From assembly GCA_964349965.1 (NCBI GenBank), contig CAYGIL010000001.1, positions 1 to 30,552 of the forward strand: DNA of 30,552 nt, read 5' to 3'. Both the position numbers and the translations under genes were made by a program. The first letter of the stretch is position 1. Each line of letters starts with the position of its first letter. The stretch is from an uncultured Candidatus Saccharibacteria bacterium. Lineage in GTDB: Bacteria > Patescibacteriota > Minisyncoccia > Phycocordibacterales > UBA9973. Of the stretch, positions 9,118 through 17,677 are shown piece by piece. The notes below the pieces were generated by a model. The model had not been told where the DNA came from. It did not search any database and was given only the letters and a program-made list of their open reading frames with translations.

Positions 9118-9518
9118 TGGAGATGGGGGGAAATGAGCCCCCGTGCAAGAGTGTGTTGCCATGACGTCTACATATGTAGCACGCTTATTTGTTTTAAGTC
9201 AGGAAATTCTTAAGCGAGCCAAATATTTCCTAACCGAGCTTCTTTACTTTGGAAAGATGTCGAAGCGGTCACCTCTCCTATCCCGATAATATTATGCCCA
9301 CGCGTATATATCGGAAGTCTATACGGTAGACACCAGTTTAGGCTTACGCGAAAACTGGAGGAAAAGCGAAGTCCGCCTTACCGAAGTAAGGAGAAACTGC
9401 TGCTTTTGCTTTAGCAGTCAATTTTGCAATTAACATTTTGAACAAAGTTTTGCGAGATTGTGTTCATACTCGATATGCATCACGAGCAAGTAGACCCCTG
9501 TCTATGCCTTGCATCCCC
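9118..9518 (-). ncRNA. ssrA: tmRNA
   Basis: 5' GGGGATG pairs with 3' CATCTCC-A with the G3-U70 alanine determinant; T-arm GGGGG/CCCCC; starts 4 nt after the smpB stop; candidate tag frame 9427-9344 ends ...VFA-stop. Confidence 0.9.
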
Positions 9519-9522
9519 ATAA

Positions 9523-9966
9523 TTAATTTTTCAAAGTTCGCCGAAGCTCCCGATCAGTATCACGCTTTTTTATCGTCTCGCGTTTATCAAATTTCTTCTT
9601 GCCTTTCACAAGAGCAAGCTCTAATTTGATCTTCCTACCTTTATTATACACTGAAATAGGCACTATTGTCAAACTTTTATTCTTCTCGCTGCCTGCGAGT
9701 TCGGCGATTTCTTTCTTGGTTAGTAAAAGTTTACGATTTCTGAGTGGATCGTAATTTTTATCGATATTATTTACCTGATACGGAGGAATATTTGAGTTTA
9801 TAAGAAATGCTTCCCCTCCCCGGATAATGATAAACGCACCCTCGAGAGACATGCGTCCACCCCGCACAGACTTTACCTCCGTGCCGAGAAGTTCGATTCC
9901 AGCCTCGTACTTTTCGAGGATTTCATAGTCGAACCGTGCTTTTCTGTTTTCTGCATAATGCCCCAT
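9523..9966 (-). CDS. smpB: SsrA-binding protein
   Basis: NRKARFDYEI...EAGIELLGTEVKS, RKLLL, KKKFDKRETIK. ATG 9966 lies 7 nt after TATTAT (track start 9975 overlaps this box). Confidence 0.97.
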   Translation of the reverse strand: MGHYAENRKARFDYEILEKYEAGIELLGTEVKSVRGGRMSLEGAFIIIRGGEAFLINSNIPPYQVNNIDKNYDPLRNRKLLLTKKEIAELAGSEKNKSLTIVPISVYNKGRKIKLELALVKGKKKFDKRETIKKRDTDRELRRTLKN

Positions 9967-9991
9967 ACGCCCCATAATACCACACCTGTTG

Positions 9992-10031
9992 ACCCGGTAG
10001 TGAGACTTTTACCAAAGTTCTACTGCCGGGT
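9992..10031. repeat. Dispersed palindromic repeat, copy 1
   Basis: ACCCGGTAGTGAGACTTTT-ACCAAAGTTCTACTGCCGGGT; first 19 nt identical to the copy at 13276. Confidence 0.8.
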
Positions 10032-10059
10032 TGACTTTTTTCGAAAATTAGGCTATATT
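10031..10059 (+). promoter_or_regulatory. Sigma70-type promoter for infC-rpmI-rplT
   Basis: TTGACT, 17-nt spacer, TATATT. Confidence 0.7.
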
Positions 10060-10089
10060 TTAGAAGCTATACAACATATATAAGATACT

Positions 10090-10596
10090 TTGCGAGAACG
10101 AATAAACAACCAAATACGAGCAAGTGAATTACGGGTTTTAGACCACGAGAACAAGAATCTAGGCGTCATGAGCATAAGGGATGCCCTAGAACTCGCAAAT
10201 AGCAAGGAACTTGACTTGATCGAGGTCGGTCCACATGCAAATCCACCACTTGCGAAGATAATGGATTACGGGAAGTATAAGTATGAAGTAAGCAAAAAGC
10301 TCAAGAAGGCTAAAGACGGTGCAAAGCCTACAGAGACAAAGGGTATCCAGATCAAAATAGGTACCGGAGACCACGATCTAGAACTGAAAGCCAAGACGGC
10401 TTCAAAATGGCTCAAGGAAGGACACAGGATCAAGATCGAACTCTTCCTCGCCGGCCGAGCCAAATACATGGACGAGAAATTCCTCAAGGAACGCCTCGAC
10501 CGAGTAGTCCACCTAATGACCGAAAACTACAAGATAGCCGAATCATACAAGCGAGGTCCAAAAGGTTTGTTTATAACAATAGAAAGACAAAAGTAA
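10090..10596 (+). CDS. infC: Translation initiation factor IF-3
   Basis: RINNQIRASELRV, PPLAKIMDYGKYKY, KWLKEGHRIKI; non-ATG (TTG) start. Confidence 0.96.
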   Translation: MRERINNQIRASELRVLDHENKNLGVMSIRDALELANSKELDLIEVGPHANPPLAKIMDYGKYKYEVSKKLKKAKDGAKPTETKGIQIKIGTGDHDLELKAKTASKWLKEGHRIKIELFLAGRAKYMDEKFLKERLDRVVHLMTENYKIAESYKRGPKGLFITIERQK

Positions 10597-10618
10597 AAAA
10601 AATAATATAAAAATATAT

Positions 10619-10813
10619 ATGAAGGGCATGAAAACAAATAAATCATACAGCAAGAGATTAAAGCTCACAAAGAATGGCAAAGTATTGTCTCGTAAGGCAG
10701 GCTTTAACCACTTTAACGCCAAGCAGTCCCGAACTTCACAACTCGGCGGGAAAAAACGCACAAACTTTGTGATCAAGAACAAGCCAAAGAGTCACCTCTT
10801 GCCTTTCATTTAA
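10619..10813 (+). CDS. rpmI: 50S ribosomal protein L35
   Basis: MKTNKSYSKRLKLTKNGK...HFNAK; lies between infC and rplT. Confidence 0.93.
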   Translation: MKGMKTNKSYSKRLKLTKNGKVLSRKAGFNHFNAKQSRTSQLGGKKRTNFVIKNKPKSHLLPFI

Positions 10814-10851
10814 TTATCAGCCATTTTCTTAATTTTTAGTAACAGTATTTT

Positions 10852-11196
10852 ATGACAAGAGTAAAAAAGGGCGTACACGCACTAAAGCGACGAAGAAGTG
10901 TTTTAAAACAGACTAAAGGCATGCGTCATGGACGCAGCACCAAGGAGCGCCAGGCAAAGGATGCACTCCTTCACGCAGGAGCGTATGCATTTGCACACCG
11001 CAGAGACAAAAAGTCTCACAACAGAAAACTTTGGAATATCAAGGTGAACGCTGCGAGCCGCGAGAACGGTATGTCGTACTCAAAGCTTATCGCAGCACTC
11101 AAGAAGGAAGGCATCCTCCTTGATCGCAAGATCCTTGCCGACCTCGCCGAACACCACCCTACTACCTTTACCCAGGTCCTCGAGGCAGTAAAATAA
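10852..11196 (+). CDS. rplT: 50S ribosomal protein L20
   Basis: MTRVKKG, AFAHRRDKK...RKLW, MSYSKLI, LDRKILADLA. Confidence 0.97.
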   Translation: MTRVKKGVHALKRRRSVLKQTKGMRHGRSTKERQAKDALLHAGAYAFAHRRDKKSHNRKLWNIKVNAASRENGMSYSKLIAALKKEGILLDRKILADLAEHHPTTFTQVLEAVK

Positions 11197-11203
11197 CACA
11201 TGA

Positions 11204-11236
11204 CAAAAACACCCTCGTTTGACGAGGGTGTTTTTG
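11204..11236. terminator. Bidirectional terminator between rplT and the SLOG gene
   Basis: CAAAAACACCCTCGT-TTG-ACGAGGGTGTTTTTG. Confidence 0.85.
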
Positions 11237-11249
11237 ATTTTCACATAAT

Positions 11250-11861
11250 TTATTTACTCACTACTGTGTATTCTGCTACCTTATCTTTCTTAACGAGTGC
11301 GATCAGGTCTGCGAGGAGTTTCTTGGGTTCATTACCGATGACGATCTTTGCATTTGGACGGTTACCCTTGGAAACTATGTCTTTGAGCTCATCACCCATC
11401 TCCCAAGGACCTTCAAAAATGCCGATCGGTTTGCCGTCTTCAAATGCGACTGTAAATTCGTGTACTGTGCCTACACGCCCGCAGCCACAGATAACTGCGT
11501 CACTTGAGCGAGTGAGCAGGAGATCCCTTCCTGGATACCCGAAACCGGTGTATATGATCAGGTCCATATAATCAAGAGGCAGTTTGTACACATCAACGTG
11601 TTCCTTCTCAGATGCGGCAGGAGAAAATCCGATCGAGATACCTCCAGCTTCTTTAACTCCCATAGCTACCCACAAAGGAAAACCAGTGGTTGCCCCGGTA
11701 ACAAGTACGAGACCTTGTGCTGCGATCTCATGTCCAAGCGCTTTTGCCTTATCGTAAGCATCAATACCGCAATGCCCAGTCTCGGCAGCACCTGAAACGC
11801 AGATTTTTATTTGATTATGCCCGTGTTTTTTCGGGAGAGTTTTTAAAATATCAGGATCCAT
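11250..11861 (-). CDS. LOG/SLOG-family Rossmann-fold nucleotide-binding protein
   Basis: ICVSG, LVLVTGATTGFP, GGISIGFSP, GRDLLL..SSDAVI, GRVGTVHEF..A...GKPIG. Confidence 0.85.
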   Translation of the reverse strand: MDPDILKTLPKKHGHNQIKICVSGAAETGHCGIDAYDKAKALGHEIAAQGLVLVTGATTGFPLWVAMGVKEAGGISIGFSPAASEKEHVDVYKLPLDYMDLIIYTGFGYPGRDLLLTRSSDAVICGCGRVGTVHEFTVAFEDGKPIGIFEGPWEMGDELKDIVSKGNRPNAKIVIGNEPKKLLADLIALVKKDKVAEYTVVSK

Positions 11862-11886
11862 GCTTACCTTTTATTATATCATATTT

Positions 11887-13263
11887 CTAACAGGACAAAG
11901 TCACACTCGTGCCCTGCTCTGGAGCTACTGCGTCTACGGCAAAGTTATCACGGAGTTTTTGTACGAGAAACATAGACGACTTAGGCTCACCCATCACAAC
12001 AAAAACTTTTTTAACCGTGTCTTGCGTATCACCAACAAAGTTTACAAGCCCATCAGAATCTTTATGCCCTGAATAACCTAAAATGGTGACTATGTGCGCC
12101 CGCACTGGGACGTTTTCACCAGTAATCCGAACAGTCTTGAGCCCCTCTTGTATCATACGTCCCGGAGTACCTACGACTTGATAACCAAGAAGAAGTAAAG
12201 TGTTGTTTGCATCTGGCAGATAATGCCTCTCATGGTGCACGATACGTCCCCCTGTCGACATACCGGAACCCGCGATCACGATCTTCGGACCTGGTATATT
12301 TGCGATCATCTTTGACTCTTCGGATTTGAGTGTATTGTGAAGTCCTGGAAAATCAAACAGGTATTTATCATGGTGCATCGCAATCTGAGCTGCTTCATTT
12401 AGATAGCCTTTGAATTGTTTGAATACTTCAGTGAGCCGAATCGCAAGCGGAGAATCGAGAAATATAGGCATCACGGGTATGCGCTTGTCCTCTACGAGAG
12501 AGTTAAGTTCAAAAAGAAGCTCCTGCGAACGCTCGAGAGAAAACGTCGGTATGATAAGAGTGCCCTTTCGCTTATAATTATCCTCGATCACTTCTTCCAA
12601 ATTCTTGCGCCTTTCATCACGGGATTCGTGATTACGATCGCCGTATACAGACTCCATGATCAAGTAGTCTGCATCAATTATTTTTTCTGTATCGGGCAAA
12701 AGTGGTGACGGACTATTGCCGAGGTCACCCGTAAATACGATCTTTTTACCGTTATATGTAAACTGAATCATAGCTGAACCCAAGATATGCCCGGCATTCA
12801 GCATCACAGCGTCGAGATCTGCTGCAAGCTCAATCCTCTCGTGATATTCAAATCCATGCCAAAGTGAAAAAGCAGTTTTTAGGTTTTCAGCGCTATACAT
12901 CACGTCTAGGTTGAGCTCTGTGTTTTTTGAAAGTATACCTGCTGCATCCTCGAGCATCGGAAGTGAGATCGCCTGAGTTGGTTTCGTAGAATAAATTTTT
13001 CCACGAAAACCTTCGCTGATCAGCTTTGGGATACGGCCAACGTGATCTATGTGTGCGTGAGTGATGAAAAGTATATCGATCTCCTTTGGGTTATACGGAA
13101 AAGGGTCCCAGTTGATATCATCTGCCATCTTGAGCCCCTGGATGAGTCCGCAATCTACAAGTATCTTCTTATCTGCCACCTCCAATAAAAAATTCGCCCC
13201 TGTGACGAAACCCGTACCTCCAACAAACGTTATTTTGGCAGTTTTGCCTGATGTATTTTCCAT
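11887..13263 (-). CDS. MBL-fold beta-CASP ribonuclease
   Basis: VDCG, THAHIDHVG, AGHILGSA, FTGDLG, MESVYG, AGSGMSTGGR, YSGHKD. Confidence 0.92.
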   Translation of the reverse strand: MENTSGKTAKITFVGGTGFVTGANFLLEVADKKILVDCGLIQGLKMADDINWDPFPYNPKEIDILFITHAHIDHVGRIPKLISEGFRGKIYSTKPTQAISLPMLEDAAGILSKNTELNLDVMYSAENLKTAFSLWHGFEYHERIELAADLDAVMLNAGHILGSAMIQFTYNGKKIVFTGDLGNSPSPLLPDTEKIIDADYLIMESVYGDRNHESRDERRKNLEEVIEDNYKRKGTLIIPTFSLERSQELLFELNSLVEDKRIPVMPIFLDSPLAIRLTEVFKQFKGYLNEAAQIAMHHDKYLFDFPGLHNTLKSEESKMIANIPGPKIVIAGSGMSTGGRIVHHERHYLPDANNTLLLLGYQVVGTPGRMIQEGLKTVRITGENVPVRAHIVTILGYSGHKDSDGLVNFVGDTQDTVKKVFVVMGEPKSSMFLVQKLRDNFAVDAVAPEQGTSVTLSC

Positions 13264-13275
13264 TGCTTTTATTAT

Positions 13276-13314
13276 ACCCGGTAGTGAGACTTTTTTAAAG
13301 CTCTACTACCGGGT
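13276..13314. repeat. Dispersed palindromic repeat, copy 2
   Basis: ACCCGGTAGTGAGACTTTT-TTAAAGCTCTACTACCGGGT. Confidence 0.8.
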
Positions 13315-13745
13315 TATACAATATTTGCCGTATTTGTCTTCTTGAATAAACGTGTTTTTAATAAGTATATTGCTAGTATGCCGCCGCTCGTATCACAAAT
13401 GATATCAGAGAGAGTATCGATCGAAGTAAAACGTGACAGGTCAGACGTGAGATAATAATCCACAAACGCTTCATATAATTCCCATCCGACACCCAAAAAT
13501 ATCACACCCGCAAGTACTTTACCAGCAAAAGCATGATAAGATCGGGGAAATTTATCATCACCCTGCAATAACATCCAAGCGACAAAGAAACCAAGCCACA
13601 CACCGCCCAAAAAGTGCATAATCATGTCAAAATACCAGATCGAGTAGTACAAATAGAACTTCATCGCTAGAAAGTTCAGAAAGAATATAGAAACCACAAG
13701 GAATGCAGCGGTTTTAAAAATTTTTGCTCGATCTATTTGATCCAT
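13314..13745 (-). CDS. Hypothetical membrane protein (VanZ/DUF2238-like)
   Basis: About 4 hydrophobic segments; D...HFLGG, WELYE and DTLSD motifs. Confidence 0.7.
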   Translation of the reverse strand: MDQIDRAKIFKTAAFLVVSIFFLNFLAMKFYLYYSIWYFDMIMHFLGGVWLGFFVAWMLLQGDDKFPRSYHAFAGKVLAGVIFLGVGWELYEAFVDYYLTSDLSRFTSIDTLSDIICDTSGGILAIYLLKTRLFKKTNTANIV

Positions 13746-13770
13746 ATATACAGCCTAACATACATAAAAG

Positions 13771-13924
13771 AAAAAATCCGCTAGAATGCGGAGTTCTTCT
13801 TAGGACTATTTCTCATATATTACCATAGCTAAAAGCTAAGTGGGTGCGAGACGTGTATAACCAAAGTTATATTCGATCGACGCTCCCGAAATTTGATGTC
13901 TAGGTAATAACGTGAAATAACCCT
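13771..13924 (-). ncRNA. Candidate 6S-like small RNA
   Basis: Own promoter (TTGCGA-16-TATAGT), rod-like fold with a central bubble, terminator at 13771-13792, no credible ORF. Confidence 0.55.
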
Positions 13925-14039
13925 ACCTTCACTATACTCCCTTCAAAATATTTCGCAAGAATTTTTCTAAAAAAACCACACACTTGCAATAAAAACAAGT
14001 TTAAGGTGTAAGTCAAAATCCACTAGACGAAATAATTTT

Positions 14040-14321
14040 TTAAGTTTTTGGTAATTCTTCTTTTATTTTTCTGTAAAGAATGTATTTTTCTTTATCGTGC
14101 ACGATTCTATCTAACGAATCCTCATTGTCCTCGGCAGCAAAATCCTTCCAATGTGCCATGGACCAATTATTTGGATTCTCTTTGTGCACGAGAACAACAA
14201 TTTCTTCGGGAGAGGGGGCACTGAACGCATCCGGTTCTATCATCTCGAATGTTCCCCTCTCTTCTCCCCGTCCAAATTCTCTATACTTTGAATGTGGGAC
14301 TGAATTTAATTCTTCTGACAT
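14040..14321 (-). CDS. Hypothetical protein
   Basis: 93-aa ATG-start ORF co-oriented directly after ndk; no recognised motif. Confidence 0.55.
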   Translation of the reverse strand: MSEELNSVPHSKYREFGRGEERGTFEMIEPDAFSAPSPEEIVVLVHKENPNNWSMAHWKDFAAEDNEDSLDRIVHDKEKYILYRKIKEELPKT

Positions 14322-14335
14322 ACCGAATACTTTTA

Positions 14336-14809
14336 TTATTCTTTGTGTTCCGCGTAAATAAAGTCACTATCAATCTTTTGATAGTCAAAAATTTCATTGT
14401 CTGCAAAGAAACGCTTCACTTCGATCTCACCAGCCTCGACGGATTCTGAAGCATGAACAATATTCGACTGAGTGGAAAGAGAAAAATCTCCACGTATAGT
14501 ACCTGCGTTTGCTTCCCATGCCTTGGTTGGACCGACAATCAATCGAATTGCGGACACACTGTTGATACCCTCAAGTGCCATAACAATAACAGGGCATGAT
14601 TTCATAAAATTCCTGATACCCGGGAAAAAAGGCTTGTCTTTGATATGCGCGTAATGCTCCTCCAATGTAGCATCCTCGATGCTCATCATCTTGATACCTA
14701 TAATCTTTAAACCCTTTTTCTCAAACCGGTTCATAATCTCCCCAACCAAATTCCGCTGTACAGCGTCCGGCTTAAATATAATTAACGTCTTCTCTTGTAA
14801 GTGTTTCAT
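14336..14809 (-). CDS. ndk: Nucleoside diphosphate kinase
   Basis: TLIIFKPDAVQRNLVGEI, GTIRGDF, SNIVHASES (catalytic His). Confidence 0.96.
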   Translation of the reverse strand: MKHLQEKTLIIFKPDAVQRNLVGEIMNRFEKKGLKIIGIKMMSIEDATLEEHYAHIKDKPFFPGIRNFMKSCPVIVMALEGINSVSAIRLIVGPTKAWEANAGTIRGDFSLSTQSNIVHASESVEAGEIEVKRFFADNEIFDYQKIDSDFIYAEHKE

Positions 14810-14848
14810 AATACGGCTATTCTAACAGAAAAAATGCATTTTGCAAAA

Positions 14849-17617
14849 TTACTGCATCGACTCGTAACGTGCCATGATTTCTGCTTCGACTTCGGCACGG
14901 CCACGGCCGTAGGTGAGGTAGGAAAGTTCTTTGAGATCGTCGACGATGTCGAGGTTCCCTGTCTCCGGTGCAAGAGTTTTAATATTAAACGGCTTGGTCG
15001 GTTGCCCCCGGACGAGCATGCTCACGTATGCGTTGTAGTTATCGAGCTTTGCGATGTCATGCGCCGAAAAAGTCGGCTTGAATTTCTGCTCGAGGAAATT
15101 AGCATCCTCGTTACCGACCCGGAATACCGCCATCGAACCCACGTTTCCAAATACTGCGTTTTTGATACTCTCATCGAGCTGACTGATGTACTGATGCGCG
15201 ATGTTGAGGGAAAGTCGGTATTTTCGTGCTTCAGAAAGTATGGACGCAATTGAGTCTGTGGTGACATTTTGGAACTCATCGATGTAGAGATAAAAATCAT
15301 TCATCGGTTTGCCGAACATGTCGACGCGGGAAAGCGCCGCCATCTGGATCTTGCCGACAAGTACGAGCCCGATCAGGTTTGCATTGATGTCCCCGAGGCG
15401 ACCCTTGGAGAGGTTCACAAGTAAAATCTTTTTCTCATCCATTATTTTCCTAAAGTTGAACACCGAATTTTGCTGTAGCACTACCGGACGCATAATGTCG
15501 TTACTGATAAAGTTATCGAACTTTGAGGAGATGTAAGGCACAAAGTTTGCGAGGGATTGATCCCCGGTCGTCTGCTCGGCTGCAATCCAAAATTGCTTGA
15601 TGATCGGATTCTTACAGCGTGCAAGCTTCATATCACGAAATGATTTATCCGCGAGCACGCGCGTGATCTCAAGAAGCGTCGAACCCGACTCCGGATCTTC
15701 CATTACGAGGAACGCACTATTTCGAAAATATTGCTCGAACATAGCGCCGCCGCCGATCTTCATATCAAAAAGTTTATTGAAAATCCCCATGAGCTCATTC
15801 ACCACAAAAGTTTTCTGCTCAGGGTATTTCGGATCAAACTCAAGCATGTTTAGTCCCATAGGCCGCGCAGTGTATGCCGGGTCAAAGTAGATCACGTCGT
15901 CAATGCGATCCTTTGGGATACGTGAAAGAATCGTTTGAATATCAGTACCGTGCGGATCTATATAGCAACAGCCGTCGCCGTTTCGGATGTCCTGTGTGAT
16001 CATATTGAGCAAAATATTTGTCTTACCTGTACCGGTCTGACCTATCACGTAAAAATGCCGCATTCGATCCTCTCGAGTCATACGTACCATAGTTTCTCGG
16101 TCCCGATAATTATTTACACCGAGAAGTATGCCCTCCTCACCCATTTCGATCGGTGCCGGAGCGATACCTGCTTTGGCTTCCTTGAGCTGTGGTTGGCTCA
16201 AAATACCAACTGGAAAATGAAACACCGAAGAAAGTTCTTTCAAGTTCATAGGTAGCACCTTATTTGGTGCAAACGCACGGAAGGAAAAATCATGAAAAAG
16301 CGCTTTCAATTCACCACCTTGAATACGCTCAAAGATAAAAGCATTGCTCGCTGTTTCGGAAAATTGATTAAAAGAAGACTCGATCTCATTCAAGATCGCC
16401 TGCGCCCGATCACGAGTACCCGCAGACGCAACTACACGGATATTTGCCTTCATTATCGTACTTTTAATCTTGTTTTTTATTTTCTCAGCTGCGCCTTCAT
16501 CGACTGCTCGACGACCCTTCATGTATTTTTCTTTATTCTCATCCCCGGTCTTTTTTTTCTCACCAAAGATAAGGTCCTTGCCTGCTTTCATGAAAGCACT
16601 GTTGAATTTATAGAAATTATCGGCAGCATGCTTTACCGACATGCCGTCTTTTACATCATCAAGTATTTTATGAAATTCATTGATAAATTTATCCCCCGCC
16701 GGAGCAACCACGAGCTGTATAGCAGCACCCTCACCTTTAGTTTTCAATTTAGAAAATACATTCAAGATAGTATTCATCGGGTCATGGTCGATCTCTTCAT
16801 ACGTCTTGATCGGTAGTACACTACGCTCCGTAAATGAAGCATAGGCACCTACGGATGCACCACCTTCATTGAATATATTGTAGTCGTTGGTAGCTTCACG
16901 AACCTTTGCATCATGATAAAAAGCTAGCACTTGCTTTTCGAAAAGCGATGTATGTTTATTCGGAATTCCTGCGTATATAACGACCTCATCACTGTCCATC
17001 CCAAGCGCCACCTCAAGAGTAAAATAATTCTCCTCTTTATTATATTTATCACTCTCGATCGAATGCATCCCGGCATAAAACTGCTCCATTGCACCGATGA
17101 ATTCCTTGAAACCTTTTGATTCATCCCCCTTATTTTCAGGCGGAGGCAAGGTGATTTCAAAAAGTGTCATATGAAGAGATTTGTGAAGTGGAGTACCCTC
17201 TTTGAGGTCTATAACGTTATTTGTATTTTTTAGATATTGAACGAGTATCCGATGAAAATCGTCATCAACGTGTTCACTTGCCATATGATCCACAACGGAA
17301 ATAGCGTTTCGAATACCTTTCGTGATCACAATTCCTAGCAACTCTTCCATCACTGCATCATGCGTCTCCGGTTTGAGCGCAAGTACGATCTGCTCCTTGT
17401 CTTTTTCCTTAAGCAAATGATCTTTGTGTAGTACTTTCTCCGCGGATTGATTTCGATACTTTGCTATCGTTTCCTTGATTGCATCATCACCCGCAGCTTC
17501 AAAGTGCCCTCGTTCGATAAGCTCTTGCTCGCGTAGCTTCACATGCTCACGCAAATATTCGAGCTCTTCTTCTGGAGTTCGAAATTTCGGCATCTCTTTT
17601 AGAAAGGATGGTTGCAT
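14849..17617 (-). CDS. VirB4/TraD/HerA-like P-loop ATPase (CPR-type)
   Basis: HFYVIGQTGTGKT, YIDPHG, LYIDEFQ, SEARKY, AHQYISQL, FGNVGS. Confidence 0.85.
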   Translation of the reverse strand: MQPSFLKEMPKFRTPEEELEYLREHVKLREQELIERGHFEAAGDDAIKETIAKYRNQSAEKVLHKDHLLKEKDKEQIVLALKPETHDAVMEELLGIVITKGIRNAISVVDHMASEHVDDDFHRILVQYLKNTNNVIDLKEGTPLHKSLHMTLFEITLPPPENKGDESKGFKEFIGAMEQFYAGMHSIESDKYNKEENYFTLEVALGMDSDEVVIYAGIPNKHTSLFEKQVLAFYHDAKVREATNDYNIFNEGGASVGAYASFTERSVLPIKTYEEIDHDPMNTILNVFSKLKTKGEGAAIQLVVAPAGDKFINEFHKILDDVKDGMSVKHAADNFYKFNSAFMKAGKDLIFGEKKKTGDENKEKYMKGRRAVDEGAAEKIKNKIKSTIMKANIRVVASAGTRDRAQAILNEIESSFNQFSETASNAFIFERIQGGELKALFHDFSFRAFAPNKVLPMNLKELSSVFHFPVGILSQPQLKEAKAGIAPAPIEMGEEGILLGVNNYRDRETMVRMTREDRMRHFYVIGQTGTGKTNILLNMITQDIRNGDGCCYIDPHGTDIQTILSRIPKDRIDDVIYFDPAYTARPMGLNMLEFDPKYPEQKTFVVNELMGIFNKLFDMKIGGGAMFEQYFRNSAFLVMEDPESGSTLLEITRVLADKSFRDMKLARCKNPIIKQFWIAAEQTTGDQSLANFVPYISSKFDNFISNDIMRPVVLQQNSVFNFRKIMDEKKILLVNLSKGRLGDINANLIGLVLVGKIQMAALSRVDMFGKPMNDFYLYIDEFQNVTTDSIASILSEARKYRLSLNIAHQYISQLDESIKNAVFGNVGSMAVFRVGNEDANFLEQKFKPTFSAHDIAKLDNYNAYVSMLVRGQPTKPFNIKTLAPETGNLDIVDDLKELSYLTYGRGRAEVEAEIMARYESMQ

Positions 17618-17677
17618 TTATTGAATTATACAACAATAAAAGAAAAAACAGAACGGTTTCTCCTGTCACGTCCTCAC

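Noticed and set aside
8600-9120. CRISPR array in the hairpin-rich region
   Set aside because: The hairpins differ in sequence, there are no regularly spaced direct repeats, and no cas genes are present.
13900-13932. 10-codon ORF (GTG AAG GTA...TAG) with an apparent GGAG SD
   Set aside because: The apparent SD and start overlap the promoter spacer and -10 box, so they would not be in the transcript.
14849-17617. Conjugative element or T4SS island around the VirB4/TraD-like ATPase
   Set aside because: No relaxase, integrase or other T4SS gene is nearby, and such ATPases are common chromosomal genes in CPR.
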